64,000 bases of DNA, from positions 2,170,001 through 2,234,000 of the forward strand of contig OZ024746.1 in assembly GCA_964016885.1 (NCBI GenBank), written 5' to 3'. Source of the stretch: Eledone cirrhosa (lineage: Eukaryota). The notes under the pieces were generated by a model, which saw only the letters and a program-made list of their open reading frames with translations, was not told the DNA's origin and did no database searches. This document shows, in pieces, positions 27,046 to 43,752 of the stretch. How positions within the stretch are numbered: position 1 is the first letter of the stretch; each line of letters begins with the position of its first letter. The position numbers and the translations under genes are program-made.

Positions 27046-29469
27046 TGTGTTACCTGGGTTGAAGATGCAAAATTGAACCAGTTACACAGAGAAGGTATTC
27101 GTTATGCTCGTATTCAACTCAGACATAATGATATCTATTTTATCCCTAGAAATGTTGTACATCAGTTCAAAACTGTGTCAGCAGTTACTAGTATTGCTTG
27201 GCATGTGAGATTACGCAACTACTACCCTGATCTTCAAACTGATGATGAAGATGAGGCAGATAAAAATAAAGAAGAACCTATGGAACAAGAAAGCTCCATT
27301 AAGCAAGAACCTTTGGTTTGTAACATAAAGTCAGAACACCCTGAAGCCAAGCAACTAACTCCAGATAATCATACGCATTCATTACATCCACAAAAACAAC
27401 CTCATGAATCTGTACCATTAGTTCAGCATACCGTAGTCTCTCATAACAAGCCAGAATCAATTTCTAAAAGCCATCATGATTCCCAGTCTGTGATTCCTGA
27501 TTCCAGTGGCAAATACCACAAGAAAATATCTGGTTGTAAACTGGAATCTTCAGGGAAAAAAGAGCATTCTGTAACCAAAAAGGAGCCTTCATTCACACAT
27601 AAGGAGCCAAGCTCTTCTGTTAGTAAATCTGAAAGAAAAATTTCTGGATATGATCATACTTCAATGAAACGAGACAGTTCTTCATTAACACACAAACATA
27701 AGAGTCCTTCAGTTTCAAAACATTCTTTTGTTAAATCCGAGCATTCTAGTAAAGCTCAAATTCCAACTATAGTTACACAAGATTATTCTAACATTACTAA
27801 ACAAAAATATTCTTCGTCTTGTACACAAGGTCCTTTTAAAAAGCAAGAATCATTTTCAAAATCTTCATTTTCTGTGACCAAACCTGAATTTGTAAATTTA
27901 GAGTCCAAACCATCACAGACTAAACATGAAACATCTAAAATATCTACAAAATCTACTGTTACTAAATATGAATCATCAAAATCGGGACATAGTTCCAGTT
28001 ATGTTCCCAAAGTTTCAAAATCAGATTCTCATTCTAATTTCACTTCTAAAGATTTTTCTTCAGTGTCTAAGCATAAACAAGTGTCAGTAAGTTCAAAACA
28101 TAGCAAGACTGAAACAATTACTTCTTCTTCTTCTTCTTCTTCTTGTGGTTTAAATGTTTGTGAAAAGCCTTCACCTCAGTCTTTTGCTGCCACAGAATCT
28201 ATTAACACAGTTGCCACAACTCTTGTTCATAAAAAAGAGAGTCCAATATCAACATCACTTGCAGAAGCTACTCCACAAGATCCCCATACCATGTTATCAG
28301 CAAATAGTTCTCTAGCAAACTCATCTTTATCAGTGAAAGCAATTCAAAAAGAATCTACTCCTGTTGCAATTACTAAAAAACAATCTTCAATAGTGTCAGA
28401 TACTAGTGTTGAACCTAAAGCAGAGCTATGTGTAGTTGCTCAGAAAGAGATGCCTTCATGTGTGCCATCATCAAATCTGGCCCATAAAGAGATATCTGTT
28501 TCAGTGCCAACATCAAATGTGACTGAAAGAGAAACTAATCTAATACAAAATGCTGCTATTAACCAAGAATCTGAACGACACACTGTCACTCTATCCAGTT
28601 CCTCAGATAGAGATAATCCTAAAGCACAATCAGTAATAGCAGAACTCAAACCAACAACTAGTTCGTCAAGTTCATTGAAAAGTGTGCAAACTCACAGTTT
28701 TTCTTCAAATGTTAATAAAAAGGATTTAACCTCTCTTGACGCTCCTAAAAAAGAACCATCTAGTATAAAATCTCAACCTGCTGTTTCAGTAGAAAATAAC
28801 AGTCAAAAGGATGCAAAACCTCACCAAATCTCCACTGAAACCTTTCCAGTTGAACACATCACAAAAGAAAGATCAGATTTGCCCACCTCAGAACATTTAG
28901 TTGTTACTAACCCCATCAGCAGTAATTTTCCCCCAGATCCATTTAAACATCAAACTCTAGTTGATGCTTCAAACTCATCACAGCCTCCACATTCTCCTCA
29001 ATCAGCCTCTGTTGAATCTTGCACAATCATTTGTACATCTAAACCTACGTCATTGGAACCATGTGAAGGCACTACTGAAGAAACAATTGAAGAAATGGCC
29101 ATCCAAGAATTAACTAGTCCAGAAAAACTTACTTCAGTAAATCAATCAGCTTTTCAACCAGCTGATGTTGATCTCACCCCTCCTGCAAATAATAATAACC
29201 CTGCCTCATCTCAACAGTTGCCTATGATTGAAATGCCCCCATCACACTTTGTTGATGTCCATGAACATGCTAATGTTGACCAAGATATCCCCAAAGCACA
29301 ACCACTATCAACTACGCAGAAGTTTGTTACAAAGATGTATGATGCAAGCATAAAACCTGAAGACAGTCTCATTCAACAGCAGTATCTCCCTTCCGAACAA
29401 TCGACATCCAAGTATGTTTCTGAGACACATCAGCATTATGAAGAGTCTCCAATGGATACCGATACTTGA
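27046..29469 (+). CDS. RSBN1: RSBN1-family terminal coding exon (807 aa, long low-complexity tail)
   Basis: tttacag acceptor at 27045, phase 0; [56 protein letters not shown] is the conserved domain end; open frame to TGA at 29469. Confidence 0.93.
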   Translation, partial: CVTWVEDAKLNQLHREGIRYARIQLRHNDIYFIPRNVVHQFKTVSAVTSIAWHVRLRNYYPDLQTDDEDEADKNKEEPMEQESSIKQEPLVCNIKSEHPEAKQLTPDNHTHSLHPQKQPHESVPLVQHTVVSHNKPESISKSHHDSQSVIPDSSGKYHKKISGCKLESSGKKEHSVTKKEPSFTHKEPSSSVSKSERKISGYDHTSMKRDSSSLTHKHKSPSVSKHSFVKSEHSSKAQIPTIVTQDYSNITKQKYSSSCTQGPFKKQESFSKSSFSVTKPEFVNLESKPSQTKHETSKISTKSTVTKYESSKSGHSSSYVPKVSKSDSHSNFTSKDFSSVSKHKQVSVSSKHSKTETITSSSSSSSCGLNVCEKPSPQSFAATESINTVATTLVHKKESPISTSLAEATPQDPHTMLSANSSLANSSLSVKAIQKESTPVAITKKQSSIVSDTSVEPKAELCVVAQKEMPSCVPSSNLAHKEISVSVPTSNVTERETNLIQNAAINQESERHTVTLSSSSDRDNPKAQSVIAELKPTTSSSSSLKSVQTHSFSSNVNKKDLTSLDAPKKEPSSIKSQPAVSVENNSQKDAKPHQISTETFPVEHITKERSDLPTSEHLVVTNPISSNFPPDPFKHQTLVDASNSSQPPHSPQSASVESCTIICTSKPTSLEPCEGTTEETIEEMAIQELTSPEKLTSVNQSAFQPADVDLTPPANNNNPASSQQLPMIEMPPSHFVDVHEHANVDQDIPKAQPLSTTQKFVTKMYDASIKPEDSLIQQQYLPSEQSTSKYVSETHQHYEESPMDTDT

Positions 29470-30132
29470 CATTTTAATTAATGATCCCACTAACTATTCC
29501 AGGAAGAAGTGGGTCTCATTTCTACTAAATTATGTACATTTCAAACATTAAACTACTGTTTGGATTTCTCTGGTTGCTATTCTAACAACAACCATCATAC
29601 AGTCCAACTCAACAGTAAAAATATCCCAAACTCCCTATTTTAATGGACAGTGTTGTTTTTTGTTCTTTTATTTAATTTCTTTTTCATTTTATCTAGCTTA
29701 TCTATTTCTCTACTTTCTCTTTGTCTTCTCATTCCTCTCTACTTTTCTTTCCATTTCTCTCTCTCTTTCTCTCACTGTCTCTTCTTCTTTTCACTCATTC
29801 TTCACTTATTTTTACTTTTGCATTTACATTTTAAACCCTACTAATTCTGCATATGCATTCTTTCACTATATTTTATCTTTTCCACTAAACTGCTGCTATC
29901 ATTTGATTCATTATTAATATATATATAATGCTCCTCTCTATCCCCAGTTTTTATAATACTTGTTTATCTTCTAAATTAGATTGTTATCTTTGAGCAAAAG
30001 GAAAAGAAATTTAGAAGGGACTGATGAATCCAGGACATAAATTGTTGATTTTTAATTCATTTTTCTGTTTTATTTCCCTCCTATTTTATCTTCATATGGG
30101 TGACTATAAAGTTTGCTAAAATCAATTGTTGT

Positions 30133-34125
<3,993 letters not shown>

Positions 34126-34607
34126 TCATTCATTCATATACTCTTTCTTAATCTACGAGCCAAACAGCTAGAACAGCTGCTGAAGTTGAATTGTTTCTGA
34201 CACAGTCCAAAGTGTCGTTCTGGCCATCAACTGTGACATTACAACCTACACTTCTGTATGGTGGTTTCTTCATAGCTTCCATATGGTTTTATTATTTAAA
34301 ATAAATACTATGGTCATATTCATTTGTTATTTAGTGTTTTTATTCTATCAAATTTTCTATCATCCATTGTTTATTTCATGTTTATGTGACTTTATTGCAT
34401 TTATTTTTCATGTTTTTCATGTTTGTCTTCAATACCATAACTCGGTATGATTCTTGATAGAATAATGATTCAGTTTGATTCCATACTTAATATTTAGCCA
34501 ACACTCTAATGATTTCTTAGCTTTTTTTTAGAATAAAAAGTATCTTTTCTGTTAATGTTGCTTCTTAGCTACATTGAGAAATTTTTTATTATTTTAATAC
34601 ATCTCAC

Positions 34608-34836
34608 TTAACCCTTTAGCATTTAAACCAGCCATATCCAGCCAGAATTCTCTCACCTCTTTCTGTTCAAATCGGCTGTAACTTTCCGCTCATACTGATG
34701 TTAAGGTATTGTTCTCAAAATAAATAACATCAAAATCTCATAGATTCAATATGATGTGAGATAATTATGTAAAATAAATCTTTTACCACAAAAATATAAT
34801 AGTATATATAGAGTAATGTAAATGCTAAAGGGTTAA
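34608..34836 (-). mobile_element. TTAA-flanked MITE, family A (reverse orientation, intact TIRs)
   Basis: TTAACCCTTTAGCATTTA ... TAAATGCTAAAGGGTTAA perfect inverted ends. Confidence 0.88.
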
Positions 34837-34844
34837 GATACATC

Positions 34845-35560
34845 TATGTATTGTCAGAGGCTTTTTCCGGGTCAACAAATGCTAAATATAAGTACTTCTC
34901 CTGCAGTTGTCTCACTGGGAAGATGACATCGATAGAGCTTCTTCCTGGCATAAAACTCAAAGTTTATTCTGTCCCTAATCAATTGTGCTCTTTCTGTAGC
35001 TTTCATAGCCTAATCCAACAATTTCATGTCTCTGTAATTACCTCTCTCTCTTGTAGCAGTTGGCAATGGTGTTGCTATGCCAGTTATTGAGTATGGTACC
35101 TTCCTGTATTATCTGATTAACTATGCAAGTGATTAGCCTCTGCTCTGATTCACTAGATGATTTAATCATCTCAATGAAAACCTCTGATGAGCCACGTTTC
35201 CTCATATCTTTATTTACTTGGTCTACTGCTGTCAACTTTGATGAATTGTCCAACAGTTGGGTCCACTTGAGGAAGACCCTCACTCATCAATACATTCCCC
35301 TCATTTAACAACCTCTCAATATAGTACTTCCATTCATTTTCCTTTTTAGCATCAGTATGGGGTAAGTGTGCCATTGGCAAACTTGCTTCTTTTCTTGCTA
35401 AATAAGCCTGTCTCGGTTTTTATGGCCCTTTTTATAGTATTGTGACCTTCATTATGTTGTTTTGCAGGAGTTTCCAGTTGTCCTCTATGTTACAGGACTC
35501 TAATTCCTCGTCCCCCTTGCCAAGAGATTCATCTAGTATGTCTCTCAATCTAAATTCTAG
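34845..35560 (-). mobile_element. Decayed RTE LINE fragment
   Basis: Relics LITCIVNQIIQEGTILNNW..ANCYKRE and FVDPEKASD on the minus strand. Confidence 0.7.
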
Positions 35561-35564
35561 TAAG

Positions 35565-36895
35565 CAGATTTATGAAGAATATAGACTTCATATGTGACAG
35601 ATACACAGGAGCAGCCGAGACAGTTCTATAGAAGTAGTTAACAGCTTTTGTTACCTAGGTGACCTAATTGGAGGAAGTAGATTTTCTGAAAGCATAGTAG
35701 AGTAAGAACAGGCTGGAAAAGGTTCAGGAAAAAACTACCTTTGCTAGAAACTAAGGGTTTTCTGTCATAGCGAGAAGAATGGTTAGATATTAGGTTTATT
35801 TAATTAGTGAGGAAGCAGAAAGTAGGTTAGCCAATGTTTTGCATGATGAGGATCAGAGGTGCAGAGTGTTCCAAGTTACGAGACAGTATACAAGAGAGAA
35901 TCAAGATATCATAGGGAAGAAGTGTGTACAACATGATAGTGGTTCACATATCCTTACTAACGCCCCCTCCCCCTTCCTCAAAAAAGATACATGTACTATT
36001 ACGAGGGGAACATGAGGGAGCAACCATCAAAGTTGACAGTAGTATGGTAGATTAGGAAATACCGATAGGGAAAGCAGCCAGTTCTTTAGGGATTGTCTCT
36101 AAGATTATCTGGCAGAACACAAATTAGTCACTCATATAGTAAATTAGGTACTGGGGTGCTGAAAAGTTCCCGGCTTAGAGTAGAGCTGTTACCTTTACAG
36201 GAGAGGTAGGACTGCTGTAATAAATGTGTAGATCTGGGAGGAGGAATATGTTGAAATAAAATCTTAATTAACTGAAGCCAGGAACTCTTCAGCACCCTGG
36301 TAGTACAAGGTGTCCTACCCAATAACATCAATGCCAACTACTACAAGGGTAAAGATGTATTAGAGAGGGGCAACAAATTGTTAGATTAGGTTAGGAAAGT
36401 TACAGAGGGTGTTAGCAAACTGATGAGGGACAGAATTAATGTTGAGGAGATGCAGTTTAGCATTATGGTAGGGATAAGCACTACTAATACCATCTACCAT
36501 AGCAGAAGTATTTAGCTAAGAATAAGACCCTATACTTAGCCTTTGTTGACTTGAAAAAAGGTGTTTGACAGAATCTCACACTCTAATCTGGTAGACGCTT
36601 AAGTTAGGAATAGATGAGTCTCTCATGAGAGTTGTACAAGGATAGTATTGGTGAGAGTTGATAATGCGTAGAGTGACAACATGAATGTGCAGGTTGGAGT
36701 CCATCAAGGCTCAGTTTTCAGCCTCCTCATGTTTATTATAGTCCTCCAGGTCATAAAGAAATATAATACTGGCTGTTCTGATGATCTAAGACTTGTAGAG
36801 AAGTTCCAAACATAGAATCACGGGGTTTCAAAGAAAACCTATCAAAAATTAAAGTTTTAGTAAGAAGGAAAGAGGATAGGACTCTGCCACAATAG
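35565..36895 (+). mobile_element. Decayed RTE LINE fragments including reverse transcriptase core
   Basis: Relics NSFCYLGD, NYYKGKD, AFVDLKK.FDR and GVHQGSV; many stops and frameshifts. Confidence 0.75.
36149..36302 (+). mobile_element. Mariner-derived MITE inserted in the RTE relic
   Basis: TA-bounded TIRs ggggtgctgaaaagttcccggctt / aagccaggaactcttcagcaccctgg; internal KCVDLGG..YVE mariner C-terminal relic. Confidence 0.8.
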
Positions 36896-37272
36896 CACAC
36901 ACTGAGAAAACAGAGCTATGATGGAAAGCACCCAGTACACTCTGTAATATGGTTGACAAACTGAAACCATATAGGGTAGAGAGAACTGTTCAGGCTGACT
37001 ATGTACATGACAATCTCTCTAGTGCTCAGGTTAATGATAATATATAGCCTGTAAGGTGGTTGATTTTAGGAAGGGAATCCAACCATAGAAACCATACCAA
37101 ATATGAAGTCCCTCTGACATATCTTGGACCCTGACAACAGAGCCATCCTATGTGTGTGCATGAAAGACACATATAAAATTATTTAACACCATTTAAACTG
37201 ATATTTAACGTGTCTTATATCTGTGTTTTTTTAATAGCCAAACAGGAATTTACTTTCAAAAGGGGTTCCACC

Positions 37273-37512
37273 ATAACCTTTTAGTTACCAACCCGGCAAA
37301 AACCGACTATGGTTCTAGGAAATAAAATCACCCATTTTAAAAATTTCCAATTTATATTAAAATTTTCCAATATAAATTTATATAAGAACCTGGCATTAAA
37401 TTACTATCTTAGTAATGGAATAATTAATAATTTTAGTAAATCCCTCAAAATTCTTCATTAATTAATTAAAATACAGTGTATTTCATTAGAAATATGGCCA
37501 TGAAAGGGTTAA
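37273..37512 (-). mobile_element. Family B MITE, reverse orientation
   Basis: ataaccttttag ... cagtgtatttcattagaaatatggccatgaaagggTTAA; contains the reverse complement of the satellite monomer core. Confidence 0.8.
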
Positions 37513-37589
37513 CACCATTTAAACTGTTAACAACTTGCCTTGCCCCAATTCTTTTATCTGTTCTTTTTTTTTTTTTTTAGTCAAACAGG

Positions 37590-37955
37590 CATTCACTTTC
37601 CAAGGGGTTTCCATCTTAATGCAACCTTTGTTAGCCTGTTCTTGTCCATTCTGAGTCCATGGTCTAGCCACCTGAGTTTCCAGTAATTTATTTCAAAGAC
37701 AATACTATTGAAAAAATGTTTTAAGATACTTCTCATTGACTTTTTGTTGGGCCAAAGAAGCAGCAGATTTTTCTCATACACACATTGTGGAAAGCAATCA
37801 TTATATTCAAGTCTATTTTTACCATTTGGACAAATTTTACGTGAATTTGGCATGAAGTTGATTTGGAAATAAATATAGAAGGGTTTTTATCTGTTTGCTA
37901 TGTTGAGCCAAACTCCTGTTCTACATTTATAGTTGACAACTAAGGAACCTCTTAA
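37590..37955 (-). mobile_element. Decayed LINE (RTE-like, separate family) fragment
   Basis: WKLRWLDHGLRMDKNRLTKVALRWKPLGK resembles the RTE C-terminal region. Confidence 0.6.
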
Positions 37956-38913
37956 ATTAATTGTTATATGAAGAGAAAATAGTTTATAATTTCAACAGCA
38001 ATATCCGAAAAGGTTTGATGATGTAACTTTAACGTGATAGTAAATGTGTGATAATGAACTACAACTAATAAACCTAGATGGTATTTCAATTTTCCTTTCT
38101 CAATAACTGAAAACAGACGTACTAAAATTATAGCTAAGTATTTACTTGATAACTCAACATTCAGATACATATTTGGGAAACTTACCTTTTATTACACAGA
38201 TGTATTGAATCTACAGCAATAATCCATGCTGCATTAGTTTAGAATAGTAAAAGCTGGCATTAGAGAAAAAAAGAGCAACCCAACTTATTTCATTGGAATA
38301 ATATCTAAAAATACTTATTACTCCATAAAATTCTATCTATATTAGAAGGCAGATTTTACAGTGGGGTAAAGAAGGTAAGCTTGGCAAATCTGTGACCTAA
38401 TTATCAATACTCGCTAGTAGTAGTTATTTCACTTATGCTGAGACAGACATGGAACACATTTGCACTTCAATATCCACCCCTTTATAAATTTGAGGCCATA
38501 CCTTCAACATAACTTTATATAGTATGCCTATATCTCATATATATTATATCTATAGTTTTAAAAATTAGCCTAATATAACAAGCATTTCTTGAGCATCAAC
38601 AATTTATTATTTATAAAATGTTTATTTATATTATTAAATGTTTTTATCATTATTTACCAACCAGCAATAATTACACTTCAGTTAACCCTCATTTGCTATA
38701 GTATGGCCTCTACATAAATGTATTAGTACTTTTTAAACTTTTCATTGTTTCAATGAAAGTTCATGCATAACTAAACAATCTGTTAATAATATAAAGTAGG
38801 TATGACATAAAATATTGAAGCCATAGACTCAGCTTCTCAAAGTAATTCACCATAATGATTTATTTTTTAATATGTTAATTTTTCATGGCCACTTGTGAAT
38901 AATATTGTACACC

Positions 38914-39274
38914 TACTCTTGGGTCCCAAATAATGGGGGGGGGGGGAGATAAGCAGGCGGAGTGTATGGAAAATCAATTTTTCTAGGTTGTCTCTGTTGA
39001 TTTTTTTTAAAAAATCAGAATTAGTCATTTAGTTTACATATTGAGGCCTCAACCCATCCTATTTATTTTATAACGTATAGGATTTCAAGTGATCTTTTTT
39101 TTCATTTTGTATAATGTTTGTTAATGTATAAAGAAAATTGTTGCAGGAATGCTACCATATAAAATAAAACTTTGCCGGAGATAGATTAGCAAAATTTAAT
39201 AAGGCGGTGGGGTTTGGAAAAAAATCTGAAAAATTAATAAAAGGAGAGGGATGATTATTTGAAACACGAGAGTA
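38914..39274 (+). mobile_element. TA-flanked Tc1/mariner/pogo-type MITE, second copy
   Basis: Homologous to 21422-21742; TIR tactcttgggtcccaaataat / attatttgaaacacgagagta. Confidence 0.75.
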
Positions 39275-39684
39275 CTTAGTAGTTCTCTCATTACTGTTTG
39301 ACTTAGTACAGTGTCTATCAATGCTTTGCTGAAGAGGTTTAATATAACTAAAATATATCTGAAGTTACATTTTGTACTTGTCAAAATGATAAAAATATTA
39401 TTAGCCACTCAGCTAACATTGTCTATTCTACTCTGTATAATTCCTTCTAATTAGGTAGTTAATGCCTGCTATATTAACTCTTAATTTCCTGTACCACACA
39501 AAACTGCATTAGTAGCACATTCTTGAACAGTACAAAACAGCATTATGACTGAATTACATTAAAAATTAAAGTTTTTACTCTAATACTATAAATTTTTGCA
39601 AGGATGCTATAAACATTTATTAAAAGATACTATAAACATTTGAATTAACAAACCAGTTTTTATACATTAATAATAAAAAAAATA

Positions 39685-40050
39685 CGACTGTGAATAGAAG
39701 CAACTGAAATGGGGTTCCTCCGAAGGGTCATTGGAGTAACATTAGAGTGCATAGCTTGGAGATGAGAGTACTACTTCTCCGAATTGAGAGATCACATCTC
39801 CGATACTATGGGCATGTGGTTAGAATCTCTTAAGGATAGAATTGCTGGACAGATTTTTATGGGCAAAAACCAACCAGCAGGAGACCCAGGGGTAGACCCT
39901 GAGCAAGATGGTTGGATAACATCCATGAGCTTGGCTGGTCTCGCTTAGGGATCCAGCCAGATCACTTGGAGACTGTTCCTTTTGACAGGACCCACTTGAA
40001 GGAGTATTTAAGGACTCTACCCCCCAACCCTCTCAGGAAGAAGTGAACAA
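39685..40050 (+). mobile_element. RTE-like LINE 3' fragment (third family)
   Basis: EATEMGFLRRVIGVT, LLLRIERSHLRYYGHVVR, RRPRGRP*ARWLDNI relics; short inverted copy at about 40985-41075. Confidence 0.75.
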
Positions 40051-40654
40051 AGAGAAAGTAGTTTTTATACATTTCTGCTAAATCATTAGAGAATAGTAAG
40101 AGTTGTTAACAGTAAGTTATGTTTATCTCCTTGTTTCAACATTACTCCCTTCTAATGTTTCCTATGCTCCATTGGAAAAAATACTTTATTCTTACCCCAG
40201 AAACTCAAACTAAAATTTACCAAGGGTTTAGAGGTAATATATATTGTCTAGAATATGACAGGAGGAAATTTAAAGGCTCAGTCTTTGATATGATAAAGTT
40301 ACCAGTAATAACTTATTTCTTTGGTATAAAGCCACTGATGTGTAGTATAGTCAGTTGAATCAATCTCAGTATATGACTGGTACTTTATTGACTAAAGAGT
40401 GATGAGAGGCACAGTTGACTTCAGTGGAATTTGAACACTAAATTAGAAGGATGGAAGTAAATGTGTGTGCATCACGCCTATCACTACCAACACAGCCTGG
40501 TTGAGGGCTCAACAATTGCCCTAGTGTTTAACAGTGACCCGATGCTCCCTCTCCTAGGGTGTGATCCCCCCCAGCATATAGCATGTACCCCTTTCACTTT
40601 TTTACACAAGGCTTCTCCAGCCTGATACTGAGCAGCCTAGTTTTATAATGAGAT

Positions 40655-40930
40655 AGTGCTGGTGCCACATCAAAAAGTACCCAGTCCATCTTGTAATATG
40701 GTCATGTTGATGCTACAATAAAATGTACCCAGTCCACTCTGTATAGTGGTAGTGCTGGTGCCACTACAAAAACCACCCAGTCCACTCTGTATAGTGGTAG
40801 TGCTGGTGCCACAACAAAAACCACCCAGTCCATGTATAGTGGTAGTGCTGGTGCCACAACAAAAACCACCCAATCCACTCTGTATAGTGGTAGTGCTGGT
40901 GCCACAATAAATGCACCCAGCACACACTGT
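40655..40930. repeat. 48-bp minisatellite (about 5.5 copies) derived from the RTE/SINE 3' UTR segment
   Basis: Unit agtgctggtgccactacaaaaaccacccagtccactctgtatagtggt; same segment is single-copy at about 44090-44130. Confidence 0.85.
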
Positions 40931-41379
40931 AAAGACAAAATGATGATGATGACATATATATTTAATGAAACATCAAGAATTGTTGTTGCCAAGCTCATGG
41001 ATGTTATCCAACCTCTTGTCTCTGGGTCTCCTGCTACTTGGTTTAGCCCATAAAATCTGACCAGTAATTCTTCCCTGAAACATTTTAACCACAATTCAAA
41101 AATTGTTGAAATCTCAAATTCCAAATTCTGTTCATTAAAATGAAAAATGACACAGATCCATATACCCCAACTTTCCATTGATTAATAAGCAGAATTACAA
41201 AGGTAATGGGTTGCTGGGGGTTGGGGAAACAAATAAACAAAATATCTGCTCTCAACCATTTAAAACAATTGTAATTTTATGTCTTTATTTATTTTTTTTA
41301 TTTTTGGTTACAAGATGTAAACCTATAAAAGGGGAAACAACTTTCTACACATTTTCCTCTGTACCTACTTTTAAATACA

Positions 41380-42134
41380 GAGACATTACTTTACACCTAC
41401 ACTTATACTTAGAAGATATTACTTCACACCTAAGTGTAAGGTAATATCTATATATGTAAGTGTAGGTGTAAAGTAATATCTATATATGTAAGTGTAGGTG
41501 TAAAGTAATATCTATATATGTAAGTGTAGGTGTAAAGTAATATCTACACTTACATATATAGATATTACTTTACACCTACACTTACATAGATATTACTTTA
41601 CACCTACACTTACATATATAGACATTACTTTATACCTACACTTACATACATAGATATTACCTTACACTTACACTTACATATATAGACATTACTTTATACC
41701 TACACTTACATAGATATTACCTTACACTTACATATATAGATATTACTTTATACCTACACTTACTTACATAGATATTACTTTACACCTACACTTACATATA
41801 TAGATATTACTTTACACTTACACTTACATACATAGATATTACTTTATACCTACACTTACATACATAGATATTACCTTACACCTACACTTACATATATAGA
41901 TATTACTTTACACCTACACTTACATATATAGATATTACTTTAGACCTACACTTACATACATAGATATTACTTTACACTTACACTTACATAGAGATATTAC
42001 TTTACACTTACATACATAGATATTACTTTACACTTACAGACATAGATATTACTTTACACTTACACATATATATTACTTTACACTTACACATATATATATA
42101 TTACTTTACACTTACATACATATTACTTTACACT
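41380..42134. repeat. ~32-bp minisatellite (CATATATAGATATTACTTTACACCTACACTTA) with an internal inverted block
   Basis: Tandem units of 26-32 bp; 41431-41546 is in the reverse orientation; degenerate units resume at 44283-44414 and 44711-44732. Confidence 0.92.
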
Positions 42135-43695
42135 CCTGAACTCAATATGGACAGCATGTGTTGCAGCAGTCTGACTTGCCAGGAAATAATGTAATGCTGA
42201 ACGGGAATACAAACTGCATAAATCAGATATCAATAGAAAAAGTGCAATAAATCTTCCAACCATCTCAAGTAGGTGACAAAAAAGGCAGTGCTGGAATTAG
42301 TTCTGCGCATTCTTTGGGATCGTCAGTAATCTGGCTTGTGTGGGGATTGCGAAGAGGACCAACTGGAGAGTGAGGTCTCTGCTTTGAATGGACATATTTC
42401 CAGAACACTTTACTGTCAGCTGCTGTGATCAACTTATCAAATTCCTTGAAGACATCACCCGGATCACTGATGGCAGCTCATAGGTGAACTTCGATAAAGC
42501 TTTCAATTCTGTGTCACACTTATGGCAAAACTCTCTGCAATGGGTGTGAGAGATGATCTTTTTAACTGGTTGAACTCCTTCATTCTCAGTCGAAAAGAGG
42601 TAGTCACAGTTCTAGGACAGCATTCTTCACCATATGAGATGTCATCTGGTGTACCACAGGGATCTGTTCTTGGTCCTCTTTTGTTTGTGGCATATATTAA
42701 TAACATAGATGCCAACTTAAAGAATGCCACAGTACTGAAATATGCAGATGACATCAAGCTGTATCTTGAGATAAAATGGACAGATTCTGAACACTATAGA
42801 TCTTTCCTGCAATCAGACCTGCACACAATGCAGCAATGGATCACGGACTGACAACAAGCTGGCTGTGGACAAGGGTACCACCATGCATTTTGGGAGGAAA
42901 ACCCAACGTCTACATATTCCCTCCACAACACTAATATTAAGAAGTCTTCTTGTGAACGTGACCTGGGCATTACTGTCAGCAGTGATTTGCATTGAACAAA
43001 GCACATCTCTAAAATTGTCAAAAAGGCCAAGGGTATCTTGGCATCACTCAGCAAGACCTTTGTCAGCCACTCTCCAGCTATCTATTTGAAGCTGTATATA
43101 GCTATGGTGCAGCCACATTTACAATTTACATCACCAGTCTAGGAGCTCCTATCTTGCTCAGAACATTGACCTCCTGGAAACTGTTCAGTGACATGCAACC
43201 AAGTGAATACCCTCCATCAGACATCTACCGTGTTCTGAACGCCTTGCTTCCCTGGGCATGGATACATTGAAGCTCTGCAACTGACTTGGAAAACACCCAC
43301 AAAGTTATTAACCATCTTGCCAACAAGAGCCCTGAGCACTTTTTTGATTTCCATGTGACTAACACACGTGGGCATGCCTACAAAGTCACAAAACAGCACA
43401 GCTCCCATGACTTTTGGAAACATTTTCACACTCAGAGTTGCTAAAGCATGGAACAAACTACTTGCATCAGTTGTTAGCTGCTGGGACATGCCATCCTTTA
43501 AAACCTCCATGCTTCCTGAAATTCGCCAATACTACACCCGATATCTCCCTCCACACATACATACATGTATATCATGACTTATACACTGTTCACTTTCCTG
43601 ACATTTGTACATTATTCTGTACTATACATACACCTTTGATAAGTTGTAGTGCACTTAAGCACTGTACACAATAATTTTATTCATTATTATTATTA
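42135..43695 (+). mobile_element. CR1-clade LINE, 5' truncated with an inverted 5' segment
   Basis: SGVPQGSVLGPLLFVAYIN...KYADDIKLY RT motifs; FTLRVAKAWNKL C-terminus; (ATT)n tail; minus-strand DSKVFWKYVHSK..VGPLRNP at 42290-42420. Confidence 0.9.
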
Positions 43696-43752
43696 CACAC
43701 ATAATAGTAGAAATCTTTATTCTGATAGTATAAAGCATTATTACACACAAAG

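Noticed and set aside
40702-41178. 158-aa minus-strand ORF with a plausible acceptor
   Set aside because: Composed of an inverted copy of the LINE fragment at about 39840-39935 plus the 48-bp minisatellite
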